A stretch of DNA of 63,888 nt, the filler included. It is 11 parts of 11 records of this genome, joined end to end, with 100 filler letters (N's around TTAATTAATTAA, not from the genome) between each part and the next. Parts side by side here need not be neighbours in the genome. Positions count along the whole stretch, not along the records: positions 22,450 to 27,616 come from SRR31147125_408566; positions 27,717 to 34,135 come from SRR31147125_410340; 9 more parts are not named here. The stretch is one strand, 5' to 3'. Positions 22,450 to 34,235 of the stretch are shown here, piece by piece. A program made the translations under genes and the position numbers. How positions within the stretch are numbered: the first letter of the stretch is position 1; each line of letters begins with the position of its first letter. Under the pieces are notes generated by a model. It had not been told where the DNA came from, did not search any database, and saw only the letters and a list, made by a program, of their open reading frames with translations.

Positions 22450-24808
22450 TGTGTGTGTGTGTGTGTGTGTGGTTGGTGTCGCCCATTCGGTTGGCTTGTT
22501 GTAGAATCTGTTGGAAGAGCGTCTCCGACACTCTAATCTCGCCGTCGTTATGGCTACGATCAAGGTGTTCCTTCATCTTACGCAACATCTTCCCGATATT
22601 CATCGTCAGGTGTATGAACGTCTGAAAGGTGGGACGCCCTCTCTTCGGAGGCCCTTATCCCTTCTTATATCAACACCGTAGCGCCTCTGCTCACGCTTAT
22701 GGCGGGTGGAGGACCTGAATCTGCGTTTGTAACTCTTTGCCACATCGATTTATTGGTATCGCGGTGTTCGGATGTGTTCGCCGACGAGTACAAGCACTTC
22801 TTTGCCAAGTACAATGATCCTAGCGCAGTGAAGACTGTGAAGCTTGATATTCTCATGCAACTGGCAAACGAAAGGAATTGTGAAGAGATTGTGGCTGAGT
22901 TGGGGTATGTGTGTCGGTCCGGTGGGTGCGAGGAACGTGATCGCGGGCCCTCAGTGAGTATGTGAGTGATGTGGATGCCATGTTGGCGAGGCGAGCCATT
23001 CGTTCCATTGGTGGGTTGTGGTGGTTCACTCATTTCGCAATGTCCTTGCCTGACGAGTGCCAACAGGTAAGATTGGTACTCGACTGACTGCCGCGGCCGA
23101 TCTTGTGATGGATGCACTTCTTCGCCTCCTTGACCTTGATATTGACTATGTGGCCTCGGAAACCATGGTGATGATGAAAGGTGGGGAGGGGGAGGAGAGG
23201 AAACGAGGGGCGCCACACAGAGGTTTGAAACATGATCCAGATCTCCTTCGTCGTTATTCCCACCGTGTTAAGGATGTGATTCCTGCGATGAGTCGTTGTC
23301 TACGCTCGATGGATGACCCCGAGGCTAAGGTAGCCATCATCTGGATGATTGGAGAATACGGAGCGCAGATCGAGGAGGCTCCGTACATCTTAGAGGCACT
23401 CGTTGACAAGTATGCCGACGAGAATTCGCACGCCGTGCGGATGCAGGTACACGGCGGCACTCTTGCTTCCTTTGTTCTTGACTGTCTTGCAGCTGCTCAC
23501 ATCAACGATGAAATTATTCTTCCAGACCCCTGCAGAATGTCAGAGCATGCTGGGGCGTTTGCTTGAGGTTTGGCCACGGAGAATCCAAGTCCTGTGCAGT
23601 GTGTTCACATACACTGTCTTGGTTGTTCGTTTTGGCAGGCGGCAATAGCAGATGCAAGTAACGTGGACGTCCATGACCGAGCGTTGCTGTTCTATCGTTT
23701 GCTCGCTATGGATGTGAACGAGGTAGGCAGGCGTGTGTGGTGGAACATCACCCTCTGCCTTCTTCCTTCCTTTGTCTTCCTTGTGCAGGCCAAACGTGTC
23801 GTCCTGTCGGAGGTTGGGACTGTGAATAGCTTTGCCGAGGAAGAGGAGTCCGAAGTCAAGGTACACAGAGATCACAGCTCTTGTGTCCGCTGTACACCCA
23901 TATCAATTGTATTATCACAAGGATCGGATCTTTGAGGAATTCAACTCGCTTTCCGTCATCTATGGACAACCATCTGAACGATTCATTGTACAAGATGCGG
24001 GATCCGCTGTGAAGGAAAAACGGTTTGGAGCCCCTGCTGCATACAGAAGCTGACACCTCAAGTATAGATCCATGTCCGCTGCCGAGGGTGTGACGTCAGA
24101 GGGTGATGACGAGGACAGTGAGGAGGAGGAAGAGAAGGAACCACGTCCCGCCTTTGTTCCTCCAACATCCACCTCGCTCTTGGTTTGTTTCGCGATGCCA
24201 ACACACGCAACTAATTCAATGGCCCTTTTCCAGGATTTGGATGGAACAGCGCCCGTTGCGACAGCGGCGGAATCGGGGGCGGAGCCAGAGTTGGAGTTGG
24301 ATGCCCATGCCAAACTGACTCCAGCTGACTTTCAGAAGAAGTGGGCGGGCAGCGGAGATGTGTACGTTGATTTTTGGTTTGTTGGGCCTGGGAGCTTATC
24401 TTATCCCCTGCTTGTAGTGCAACGGTCGCGGGGAGATTGACGATGAATCAGAGTGCCACCGAGATGGAGAGTCGGCTTACTCGTCATTCGTTGGTGTGTA
24501 TTGCCTCGGGCCACGTGAAGGCGCAAATGAAGTTCTACTGCTACGGGTGTCATGTACGTACGATGTTGATGGGAGAACAAATGGACTAACTGACACCATC
24601 ATCATGGGATAAGGCTAAGACCCACACGTTCGGTCTTCTTGAACTGCTCGTGAATTCCTCAACAATGGTACGTCTCGTACTCTTGACAGGGAGAACTGAC
24701 AGGTTTGAGTAGGAGATTCGTGCCAAGGTGAAGGCCGACAATGCAGACGTGGGCCATATCGTGGCCGATGCTGTGCGCGGTGCATTCAAGGGGATCCTGG
24801 TGTCGTGA
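22450..24808 (+). CDS. AP4B1: AP-4 complex beta subunit; multi-exon, 5'-truncated
   Basis: YKHFFAKYNDPSAVK..KLDIL, ELGEYVSDVD, IWMIGEYG.QIEEAPYILE, LLTSTMKLFF..PAECQ.MLGRLL, DVHDRALLFYRLL, FEEFNSLSVIYGQP, and the appendage motifs LTPADFQKKW and CIASG..KFYCY. Confidence 0.85.
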
Positions 24809-24846
24809 CGAAGAACTTCCAAACTCTTGTACCAATAACCTTTCGT

Positions 24847-27616
24847 TTATTCGTGTGGCCCATGTTCAGACGCCGGAATCGCAATCTCAATCGCTTTCTC
24901 TGATGTGTGGCTTTGTGGGGATAATGAAACAGGGACGGGTACAGGTGTTGCATATTCCGTTGGTAGGGACAGGAATGTGGTGGAAGGGGATGGAGCACTT
25001 GCCGAAAGGAACCTTGCCTGTGTGTCCCCATCATCCTTGTTTGTCGTGAGTAGCAGTGTAGGGCCTGGGTAGGCACCCACCTTGCCGTCTAGAAGAGGTC
25101 GTTTCGCTGTCCGAATAAAGGAACGCGAGTGTCGTCTCATCTACCAGCGACACACGCGTTGAACGGATCCTTGCACGGACATGAACACCTAAACGTACCC
25201 CTCGTTCTGAATCGGACTCGTCCTGTGAATCCCTGGCGTATCCCTCGCGACTGAGTGGTCTCACGTCTCGTGTCAGATAGTTCACATCACCCAGAAAAGG
25301 ATGTGAGACAATCACGGCATTCTCCTGGGAGAGAGTGAGCCCTTTCGTGTGCTTCCTTCTCAGTCAGTACCACGAACTTCTCGAGGCTTGGAAACCAATA
25401 CAGCAGTTCTGGCCTGCCTTGGTGTCCTGCTGATAGGTGAGGCATTCATGGTCGTATGGCACACGTACTTTTGTTGCATCAAGGGGCGCAAGGGGGGATC
25501 TTCGATCGGCCAGATAGAGAAGTACAGCGCAATACAAATCGGAATCCACAATAACATCAGGAACAGTGTGTACAAGACAACAGGACCGGCGGGTCGTGTA
25601 TCGAAATCTCCCCACAGCTGCCTACGTGTGAGAAAAGAAGAAGACAAAGCTTTCGCCGCACTTGTTGATTATTGCTGCTCGAATACGCCCCAGAGAAATA
25701 ACCAACCACCGCCCAGAATCCACAATGAACACATGCAAAATACAATACAAGAAGAAGATAGCGACGAAACCTTGGAGGGTCGCGTGTGGATCAACACTAC
25801 GTGTCGGAGACCCCCATCACCTACCGAATGAACTGTGAGGGCCTGGGATTACGAAGGAGAAGTCCCATCACGAAGAAAGCAGGCATCAATGCAAGATTGA
25901 AAATAGTCTTGACCCGCTTGGGGATACGCTTGCGAAAGACCTTGATTCTAGTTCCTCACTCTCCCGTCGTACCATCCACCACTACAGAACGTACCACTTG
26001 CACTCCGGGTTCAACGAATCGTGCCATGCTGAAATCCTCTTTCCACTCCACGTCAAAGTGGGCACCCCCGTAGTCCGCGTCAGGGATGAAGATACCTCGC
26101 ACGAATAGGGAGGATATCTTCGTTCCATCCATTTCCTCTGCGGATCGTCATCCATTCGCTCACGGTGATCTCATCCACCCACCGGCCATGAATTTCGCCA
26201 CAAGCGGAAATGCAAAGATGGAACGACCGGCATGGTAGATGTGAAACATTCCACGGTGGGATGTGAACTGCTCGCCACTCACATAGATTTTGAAGTCATA
26301 CACAGCTCCACGCTGGCATCATGAATCGAATCTATGAATATGGCAGCGAAAATCGAGGCAATACACAAACTTTCAAGGTTAAGTTGTTCGTGCGAAAGTA
26401 GTAGCTACGGAGGTAACCGCGCTGCAGGATCCGACCATAGTATGTCGCACTCTTTGAATGAAAACAGGTTGGACACATTGCCTTACACCCACCCACCCCC
26501 ACCCACCCAGAAATACAGAAAGAGGAATCCAATGAATCCAAGGGGTCCCCAGCTCCACAACTTCAACATCTAGGGACAGTTGGGAACTCAATCCCTCTCC
26601 CAACTCTACACAATCCACGTACGGTGAAGGCCCCTGGTGGATTCAAAAACAAACCCCAGAATACCGTGAATGCACACGGTCCACGACCCTTTTCACGGAT
26701 GTAGAAGTACGGCGACTGGTGGGTGAGCGGAATTTCAGTCTCCCCTCGGGTGGTTGCAGGCAACACTCCGTCAAACCTGAGGGCATCTCTCAGGACCACC
26801 AATATGAACCGAGATGCCACATCCAGACAACACGGATCGTTCCTTGGTGTAGCAGTGGAGTGTCGAGTTTTCATACCTTGCATCCCCTTTCCTGTCAATT
26901 CCCTCCCTTCACGTATCGTCCCTTCCCTCACCAGATATCATACACTTGCGTTGGGTCATCCGGGAGAGACAAACTGCCAACAGGACAACCTTGTTACGAG
27001 CAACAGAAAGAAGATGAAACACAACAACGCACTCATGCAAAAAAGCAGAACAGTCCTCCTCTGTGGTGCACGCACGCTCTGGATCGAAGCGGATCAAACG
27101 CACCACAAACTTCACAGCAATGTCATGTGCGAATGTGTAGCCATATTCATTCACTTGCATTGGTCTATGGATACATGAGTGCGGATGATCCTCGAATCCT
27201 CCTCTGCACACAAACCTTTCCCGAACCCCCGAGTACCGTTCCGAGTATTCATTGTATTCAGGATTGACCTGGAGAAACGAAACCTTCGTCTCACGGATAT
27301 TCCTGTCGTGTGCCGTGCCGTGCCGATTATCAGATGGATCCAAACGAAATGTGTCGATCCACCACTTCCGCACACGCAATCTTCATTCAACACATCTCCA
27401 GACTTGTAGAATCCCGGAGGACAGGCACCCGTGGTCGTAGCATTTGCCACAAAGCCACTGATAAGCGCCACCTACCCCAGTCGCGACGATTACCACCCAC
27501 ACCCACTCCACCCACTCCACACCCAACACACTTGAAAGGGACGCCCGCCTGTATTGTGAACACCTGTCGATGGTACGCACGCATTCCCAGTCAGGGCGGG
27601 AACGTCCCTACGCGAC
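24847..27616 (-). CDS. Uncharacterised multi-exon membrane protein (Cys-containing N-terminal ectodomain, about 3 hydrophobic helices, Ser/Pro-rich tail); exon model approximate
   Basis: Minus-strand GT-AG mini-introns link coding-like exons: GACPPGFYKSGDVLNEDCVCG..., IFNLALMPAFFVMGLLL, RYLLLVLYFACVHCGFWAVVGYF, VVLYTLFLMLLWIPICIALYFSIW; stop TAA at 24847. Confidence 0.55.
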
Positions 27617-27716
27617 NNNNNNNNNNNNNNNNNNNNNNNNNNNNNNNNNNNNNNNNNNNNTTAATTAATTAANNNNNNNNNNNNNNNNNNNNNNNNNNNN
27701 NNNNNNNNNNNNNNNN

Positions 27717-28013
27717 CCGGGAGTCACCCTTGCCTTCGGGCGCCACGTCCAGGGGGCCTTCCAGGAGTACGATGACATCCAGGAGTCGGGTGTCGGTCGG
27801 ATCGGCAGCCAGGGCGTAGCCGCCCTGGGCACCACGATAGCTCTTGACGATGCCGCCCCGTTTCAGGACAACCAGGATCTGCTCCAGGTAGTGCTGAGGG
27901 ATGTTCTGGGCGGACGCGATATCCCTGATCTGCATGGCTCCGCTGTTATGGTGCAATGCCAGTTCCAGGATGGCGGATACCCCGTAAATGCCCTTGGCGC
28001 TGATGCTGAACAA
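27717..28013 (-). CDS. Rrf2-family (CymR/IscR-like) transcriptional regulator; 3'-truncated
   Basis: RBS CAGGAG with TTG start; SAKGIYGVSAILELA, IRDIASAQNIPQHYLEQIL..LKRGGIVKSYRGAQGGYAL. Confidence 0.9.
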
Positions 28014-28038
28014 GCTTGTCTCCTGAAGCAATGGTATT

Positions 28039-28063
28039 ATTCCCATGTGATCAGGTCAAGTTT
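28039..28063 (-). promoter_or_regulatory. Candidate autoregulatory Rrf2 operator overlapping a TTGACC-N17-TACCAT promoter
   Basis: Minus strand AAACTTGACCTGATCACATGGGAAT resembles IscR type-1 sites (comparison from memory). Confidence 0.45.
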
Positions 28064-28107
28064 AACGGCTGTGGATGGTTTTCAGATACCTGAGCGACTC
28101 CGCAGGC

Positions 28108-30167
28108 TCAGCCGGAGGTTTTCGGTTCCACTCTGAGGTTCAGCAACTCCATTCCGGCAATGCCCCGGAACACGTCCGCCTTTCGGCCGTTGATCCGCGG
28201 CGGCGTGATTCCGTCGCTGCGCAGCCAGATACGGAACGGCCTGGCGACGCCGGGAGCCTGTTCCACCGTCCAGCCGTCTCCGCTCCTGGAGATGGCGGAA
28301 ATCTCGCAGCCGGGAAGGAGGTGACCATCGCTACCGGCGAAAGGATCGGAATCGTAGTCCCTGAGCAGGAGGAAGTTCCTTGATTCCCCGGGTTTCAGCA
28401 TCAGGGAGGTGCCTCCCGTCAGGTGATGGGCGCGCCGGTCCACTGCCGGAGCGCAGAACCAGTTTCCTTCCGGCAGAGTGAAAGGACGCAGTCGTTCGGC
28501 GAGATTGGTGAGACACAGGTACTCCCGATCTTCGACAGCATAACGGATAGTGACGGTTCGGCGGGATTCCAGGACGCTCCTGATATCCGGATCCGCCACA
28601 GGGAACAGGGATCTATACAGAGCGAGCTGATCGGGAGTGTAATCGGTCGCATCGTCTCCTGTGAACAGCAGGCTGCCGAGCAGGTACTGGAGCAGCAGCT
28701 GGGTGTATCGCCGCGGCGGTTCGATGGAATTGCCCCTGTCGGAAAGGCGGAAGGAATCCAGGGATGATGAGAAGAACAGGCCGTCGAGCTGACGGCGTCC
28801 CACGGTGGACCGGAGGGCGTTCAGGGTGGAGGCCCGTTCCCTTCCATGGATGTTCCGGCGGAAATGGTCTTCCCAGGCGGGTATGGTATCTGCCGCGATC
28901 CGGCAGTAATCCGTCCTCCCGAGGGCCGAACCGAGGGGCACGCCCGAGCTTTCAAGAAGGAGCCCCCCTTTCGTTCAGCCAGGAAATCCATGGCATCCTT
29001 CATGGCTTCGCCCCGGCTTTTTCCTGTTGGAGGGTAGACGGCGGCGGCATAGAGGTGGTCGGCCCGGACCAGTCCGAAGCCCCAATCATCCCTGAAGCAG
29101 TCCAGTACGTCGCCGATGTATTGCCGGACATCATCACGGCTAAGATCCAGGGCGAAGAACAGACCGCCGTCCCGGCCCGACCTGACCGCCGCGCGGATGC
29201 GGTTTCGGGAGTCCCTGGCCAGCCATTCTTTCCGGTGGCGGAATATGGAGGATTCCACGCCGACCACGAACGGGGCGAAACGGATTCCCGGCAGATAACC
29301 GCTTCCCCGGATTTCCGTGGCCAGCGAGGCCATGCCCGAGGGAAAACCCGACGCCGGAGACAGCCAATCTCCGGTATGCGACTGCCATCCGTCGTCAATC
29401 ATAAAGCAGGCAAGGGGGATGCCGGCGTTCCTCTGGACAGCGAGAGAACGCCGGATCTTCACCTCGTCCAGTGAACCGCGATTTTCCCGGCCTGTGGTCC
29501 AGGCGATACCCCTGGGCCCGGGACGCACTTTGTCTTCCCGAAGGGTGCGATAGCGCTGGAAGACCTCGTTCTCCTGCCCTTCCAGTATGGCCAGATCGAG
29601 CATCAGCCGGCTGGATTCGAGTACCAGCCCTTCCACGTCTTTCCTGATGGAGAACATGTTTTTCCGGACATCCAGGCTCATGACGGTGAAGCCGGCGTCC
29701 TCATTGAGGCTTCCGGAAAAGATCAGCCCTTCCCTGTATCGGACATAGGCATATGTGTACCCGTGGAAGCGGCCCTTTTTCTCCGAGTAGTTGCAAAAAC
29801 GGTCATCTCCGGGCAGCTGCATGCCCAGCATGCGACCGGGCCAGTTCAACGCGGAGATCCGCTCGCCGGGGGACCGCTCCCGGCTGCCTGTCCGGGACTG
29901 GTAGCCGTTGACGAAGACAGTCCGGAGATCATCACCCAGAGGGAGGTGCCCGGTCAGTTCAAGGGATTCCAGCTCTATGCTGCCCAAGGGTTCCATAACG
30001 AGAGTCAGCCGCCGACCGCCGTCGATGTCGTCAAAAGTGAAATCGATCCGGAGGCCGTCGAGGAATTTCCCGCCGCGGGCGAGGGGCAGGTTGAACTGGA
30101 AACGTTCGCCCTTGTAGCTGTATTTGAGATCAACCCAGACTTCGGATGGTTTGGCCGCCTGTATCAT
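28108..30167 (-). CDS. GH36 alpha-galactosidase-like protein (divergent); 1-nt deletion at about 28963-28968
   Basis: FVNGYQS, FMIDDGWQ..GDW, FPSGM..LA.EI, FALDLS, WGFGLVRADHLY; adding one G joins to GVPLGSALGRTDYCRIAAD and LLFTGDD. Confidence 0.75.
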
Positions 30168-30568
30168 TTCAGACAGCGGCCCACAACATCGGCGCAGACC
30201 CAGCCGGCCAGATAGCTCTTGGCGGCAGCTGAACCGAACTCATCGTCGGCGCATTCCACGAGGTCACGGACGGCATCAAGCACGTCATCGGAGTTTTTAA
30301 GGTTTCCCGACACCAGGCCTTCCTCAATGACTCCCAGTCTTCGGGGTTCTCCCTCGGGATCCTTCAGCGCCAGAACCGCGCTGACGATGGAATCTCCGCT
30401 TCGGACAAGCCGTGCGCCTGCGTGCCAGTAGTCATCGGAAGCGGTGCTCAGCGGTGCCGACCGCCATGCCAGCCGGCCGCCGTCGCTTCCGAGGATTGAT
30501 TTCCAGTAATCTGCATCTGGTATGAAGCCCGCTCCGGACATGGTGTTCACTCCCGGATCATTATCCAT
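30164..30568 (-). CDS. Hypothetical protein
   Basis: 134-aa ORF overlapping the GH36 start (ATGA coupling), in a co-directional run. Confidence 0.6.
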   Translation of the reverse strand: MDNDPGVNTMSGAGFIPDADYWKSILGSDGGRLAWRSAPLSTASDDYWHAGARLVRSGDSIVSAVLALKDPEGEPRRLGVIEEGLVSGNLKNSDDVLDAVRDLVECADDEFGSAAAKSYLAGWVCADVVGRCLK

Positions 30569-30643
30569 CGGCGGGTTTCAGCTGTCCAGCAGGTTCCATG
30601 CGGTATCGGGGCCCGACATCCGACGGCAGGGGGCGACCGGATA

Positions 30644-31564
30644 TCAAGCCAGCAGTTCCCGGATTTCCTCTTCGGAGTAAGTGTACCCGGTGGCGCAGTT
30701 CTGGCAGGTGATTTCCAGGGGGAACGGACCTTTCTCGCGGATTTCCTCCTGGTCCATCTTCGAGAGACCTTTAAGGTAATTGCGGAAGAGATCGGCGTCG
30801 CAGGGACAGAAGAACTCCACCCGTTTGGAATCCAGGAAACGCGGAGCCTGAGCGGCGAAGAGATCCAGGATGAGAGCTTCGGCATCCCGGCCCTCAGTGA
30901 AGGCGTCACCGAGGGAAGGAAGGGACGCCAGGACCTTCTCCAGGCCGTCCAGCACTTCTTCCGGCGCTCCGGGAAGAGCCTGGAGGAACAGGCCACCGGC
31001 TCCGGATACCAGGCCGTCATCGCCAACGGAAACACTCAGGGCCATAGCGGATGCCGCCTGCTCGCTTTCAAGATGGTAGGCGGTGAGGTCCTGGGCGATG
31101 CGCCCATGTTTCAGTTCCACCGTGCTGCTGCGGGGTTCGGCCTTGCCTTCGAACAGCCGGGTGACGGTAAGGAAACCGGGGCCGAACAGATCGGCGACGG
31201 TTCCGTCCTCCAGGGCATTCAACGGGATGGGATTCTCATTCAGGTATCCGCGGACTGTGCCATGGGACTCGGCTTCCACACTCATGCCGCCGACAGGGCC
31301 GCCGCATTCCCACTGGATGCGGATCCGCCCCTCATCCTTCAGATTCGCGGCCATAAGCAGTGCACCGAGGGACGCCTGGCCGAGAACCGTCGATTCAAGG
31401 GGCCCGAGGCCATGGTTGGCCTGCAGCTCCCGGGCCACCCTGTTTCCATGAACCAGGAATCCCCGCACAGTGTCGCCGGCCATCAGGAATCGATGGACGC
31501 GGTCGAGGGATCGCTCCCTGTACATTCTCTTGGGATCGTCGCCGGGCAGGGGCTGTTTGGTCAT
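30644..31564 (-). CDS. hslO: Hsp33 redox-regulated chaperone
   Basis: VRGYL.ENP, YHLESEQ..S, AGGLFLQALPGA, and the C-terminal Zn motif FFCPC...CQNC. Confidence 0.9.
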   Translation of the reverse strand: MTKQPLPGDDPKRMYRERSLDRVHRFLMAGDTVRGFLVHGNRVARELQANHGLGPLESTVLGQASLGALLMAANLKDEGRIRIQWECGGPVGGMSVEAESHGTVRGYLNENPIPLNALEDGTVADLFGPGFLTVTRLFEGKAEPRSSTVELKHGRIAQDLTAYHLESEQAASAMALSVSVGDDGLVSGAGGLFLQALPGAPEEVLDGLEKVLASLPSLGDAFTEGRDAEALILDLFAAQAPRFLDSKRVEFFCPCDADLFRNYLKGLSKMDQEEIREKGPFPLEITCQNCATGYTYSEEEIRELLA

Positions 31565-31617
31565 ATCAGGCTCCTTGGGTCACCAAAAGTAATACATCAG
31601 TCCTGTTGCGTCGAGTA

Positions 31618-32790
31618 CTACGGTTTGGCGTCGCCGGAGACACGGCCGATCCGGCGATCGATGAGCATCCAGGCCATTCCAGTCAGGGGAAAACAGGCGC
31701 CGATACCGAAGAGCAGAGGAAATCCGCCCCATTCTAGAAGGTAGCCTCCCAGCGCACTGCCGGCAAGCTGGGCGCCGCTGAATCCGGCGGCGATGAACAG
31801 CCCCATGCCCAGGGCGCGTCGCCGGGGATGGATGGTGCGGTTCACCCAATTCACGCCGGCGATGTAGAAGAATCCGAAAACGAAGGTGTGGGTCAACTGG
31901 GAGAGGTAGATGGGAACAGAGGAGCTGAACAGTGCCAGGACGGTCAAGCGGAGCACTCCGGCCGACAGGGCGATGAACAGCATCCGGCGATGTCCCAGGT
32001 ATCCCAGTATCCGGCCGCTGAAGAACAGAGATGGAATCTCGGTGAACGCCGCCAGGGCAAACAGGCTGCTTACGGCGCCGATGCCGAGCACTTCCGAATA
32101 GTAGAGGGAACCGAAGGCCTGGTGAATGGCGAACCCGACGTTCCCCACGAGGCTCAGGGCCAGCAGCGAGTAATAGCCGGGGGGCATGCCCCGAAGGCCG
32201 CCGGGAGCCTTTCCGATTTCGACTCCGTCATCGGAGGGAGCCGCCGCCGTGAACGGAATGGAGACCAGCAGAACTGCCAGCGCCATGAAGAAGGACTTCA
32301 TGTACAGACCCGGATCATCGCTGTCCATCCTCCCCGTCACCTGAAGTACCATGGAAAGGGCGATGAAGCTGATTGTTCCCCAGAGCCTCACCTTTCCGTG
32401 ATTGGCCGACGAATCGACCAGGGCGCGGCCGGAGAGGGCATCGGCCATCCCGGAAATCGGTTTGTAGACCAGACCGTTCAGGAAGGCGAACAGCAGCACG
32501 ACCGGGAAGGCCTCGGAAATGTCCAGCAGGTAGAGGGCGGCGATCGCTGTAACGAGCATCGCGGACATCGCCGTCCGGTACCGTCCGCTGCGGTCCGCCA
32601 GCCGGGAAAGCAGGAACGGCGAGATGACCGCAGCGGCTTCGATGGCCGACAGGATGAGGCCGATCCGGGCGGGATTGAATCCACGGAGTCGAAGATAGAT
32701 GGGCATGTAGGGGAAAATGACGGCGATACTGCCGAAATAGGCAGCATAGAGCAACGCCAGCCTGAACTTGGTGAGCCTGCTGTCGTTCAT
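31618..32790 (-). CDS. MFS transporter (HcaT/nucleoside:H+ symporter-like)
   Basis: About 12 hydrophobic segments; PYMPIYLRLRGF, LADRSGRYR, HGKVRLWGTISF. Confidence 0.85.
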   Translation of the reverse strand: MNDSRLTKFRLALLYAAYFGSIAVIFPYMPIYLRLRGFNPARIGLILSAIEAAAVISPFLLSRLADRSGRYRTAMSAMLVTAIAALYLLDISEAFPVVLLFAFLNGLVYKPISGMADALSGRALVDSSANHGKVRLWGTISFIALSMVLQVTGRMDSDDPGLYMKSFFMALAVLLVSIPFTAAAPSDDGVEIGKAPGGLRGMPPGYYSLLALSLVGNVGFAIHQAFGSLYYSEVLGIGAVSSLFALAAFTEIPSLFFSGRILGYLGHRRMLFIALSAGVLRLTVLALFSSSVPIYLSQLTHTFVFGFFYIAGVNWVNRTIHPRRRALGMGLFIAAGFSGAQLAGSALGGYLLEWGGFPLLFGIGACFPLTGMAWMLIDRRIGRVSGDAKP

Positions 32791-33409
32791 GTCCGGTACT
32801 CCATTCCCAGCCGGTCGGCGAGTTCCGGCAGCCATCCTGCGACGTTCTTTCCCGCAGCCGACACGACATGTCCGCCCATGCTCCGGAAAGCGTCCAAATT
32901 GGCTTCGCTGTCGTCAACCAGCAGCGCCTCATGAGGTTGGAGTCCCAGGTCTCCCAGGATGCGTTCATAGGCGATTCGGTCGGGCTTGCCGCGATAGCCC
33001 ATCCGGCGGAGATCCCAGATTCGGGAAACAGGTCGTCCAGACCGAGCGCCCGGAGAGTCCGTTCGGCATGCTCCAGCGGGGAATTGGTGAAGAGGGCGTA
33101 CTCAGCGGGCATTTTTATAAGGAAGGTACGAAGTGACGGATCCGCCCTGATCCAGTTCTCCATGTCCGCCGGATGAACGGCGTCGATGTAGGGCGTCGGG
33201 TCATGAAGGTCGTGACAGACGCGGAGCCACTGCAGGGTGGTGCCGAACACTTCCGGTTTTCCCCGCCGCATGTTCCAGGCTTCATCCTCACTGACGTCGA
33301 AATAGTCGGCGACGAACAGACTCATCCTCCGGTTCATTTCCGGCATTACGCCGGAATCGGGCAGATAGAGCGTGTTATCCAGATCGAACAGGACAAGGGG
33401 TGGAGCCAT
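32787..33409 (-). CDS. HAD hydrolase, pyrimidine 5'-nucleotidase-like; 1-nt deletion at about 33023-33025
   Basis: LFDLDNTLY, FGTTL, LFTNSP..HA; adding one C gives FPRIWDLRRMGYRGKPD...LLVDDS..NL. Confidence 0.85.
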
Positions 33410-33485
33410 GGCCCGACCCTATCCCGGAGACGGCTGGCGAGTCCAGTCACTTGCCGCGGTGCCTGTCAGGCGCTATCTTCGTTCC

Positions 33486-34135
33486 ATGCCCACCTGGTAC
33501 CGCCTGGACAATGCCGGCAAGCTCTACCCATCCCTTCGGGGTTCCCGGCGGACTACCCTGTTCCGAATATCTGCCGACCTGACCGCCCCGGTCCATGCCG
33601 GGCGGATCCAGCAGGCCTTGGACAACCTGATGCCTCGATTCCCCTATTTCGCGGTCCATCTGAAACGTGGCGTCTTCTGGTATTCACTGGAGGCTTCCAC
33701 CCGACGTCCGGAAGTCAGCGAAGATTCCGTGTACCCCTGTATGAGGTACCCCCTGCTTCGCCGGGGAGTGTTTCCCTTCAGGGTACGGGCTTGGCGCAAC
33801 CGCGTCGCAGTGGAGTTCTCCCATGTGCTGTCCGACGGCAATGGCGCCCTCGTATTCCTGAAGGCCCTGTTAGCCGAATACCTGCACCTGTCCGGAGTGG
33901 ACCGGAAGGATTGCGGCGACATCCCGGTTCCCGGCAGCCGGGTCCGCTTCGGAGAGTCCGACGACGCCTTCCGGCGCTTCAGCGACACCAGCCTGCCTTC
34001 CCGCCCGGAGCTCGAGAAAGCCTTCCGTCTGCCCCTGAGCCTGGAACAGCCGGGCAGGTATCGGATCACCACGGGTATTATGGATGCCGAAACCCTCAGA
34101 AACCGGTCCAGGGATTTCGGTGCCACCATATCCGA
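33486..34135 (+). CDS. Alcohol acetyltransferase/condensation-domain-like protein; 3'-truncated
   Basis: WYRLDNAGKLYP, FRISADL, RFPYF.V.LKRGVFWY.LE, EFSHVLSDGNG (HxxxDG). Confidence 0.75.
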
Positions 34136-34235
34136 NNNNNNNNNNNNNNNNNNNNNNNNNNNNNNNNNNNNNNNNNNNNTTAATTAATTAANNNNNNNNN
34201 NNNNNNNNNNNNNNNNNNNNNNNNNNNNNNNNNNN

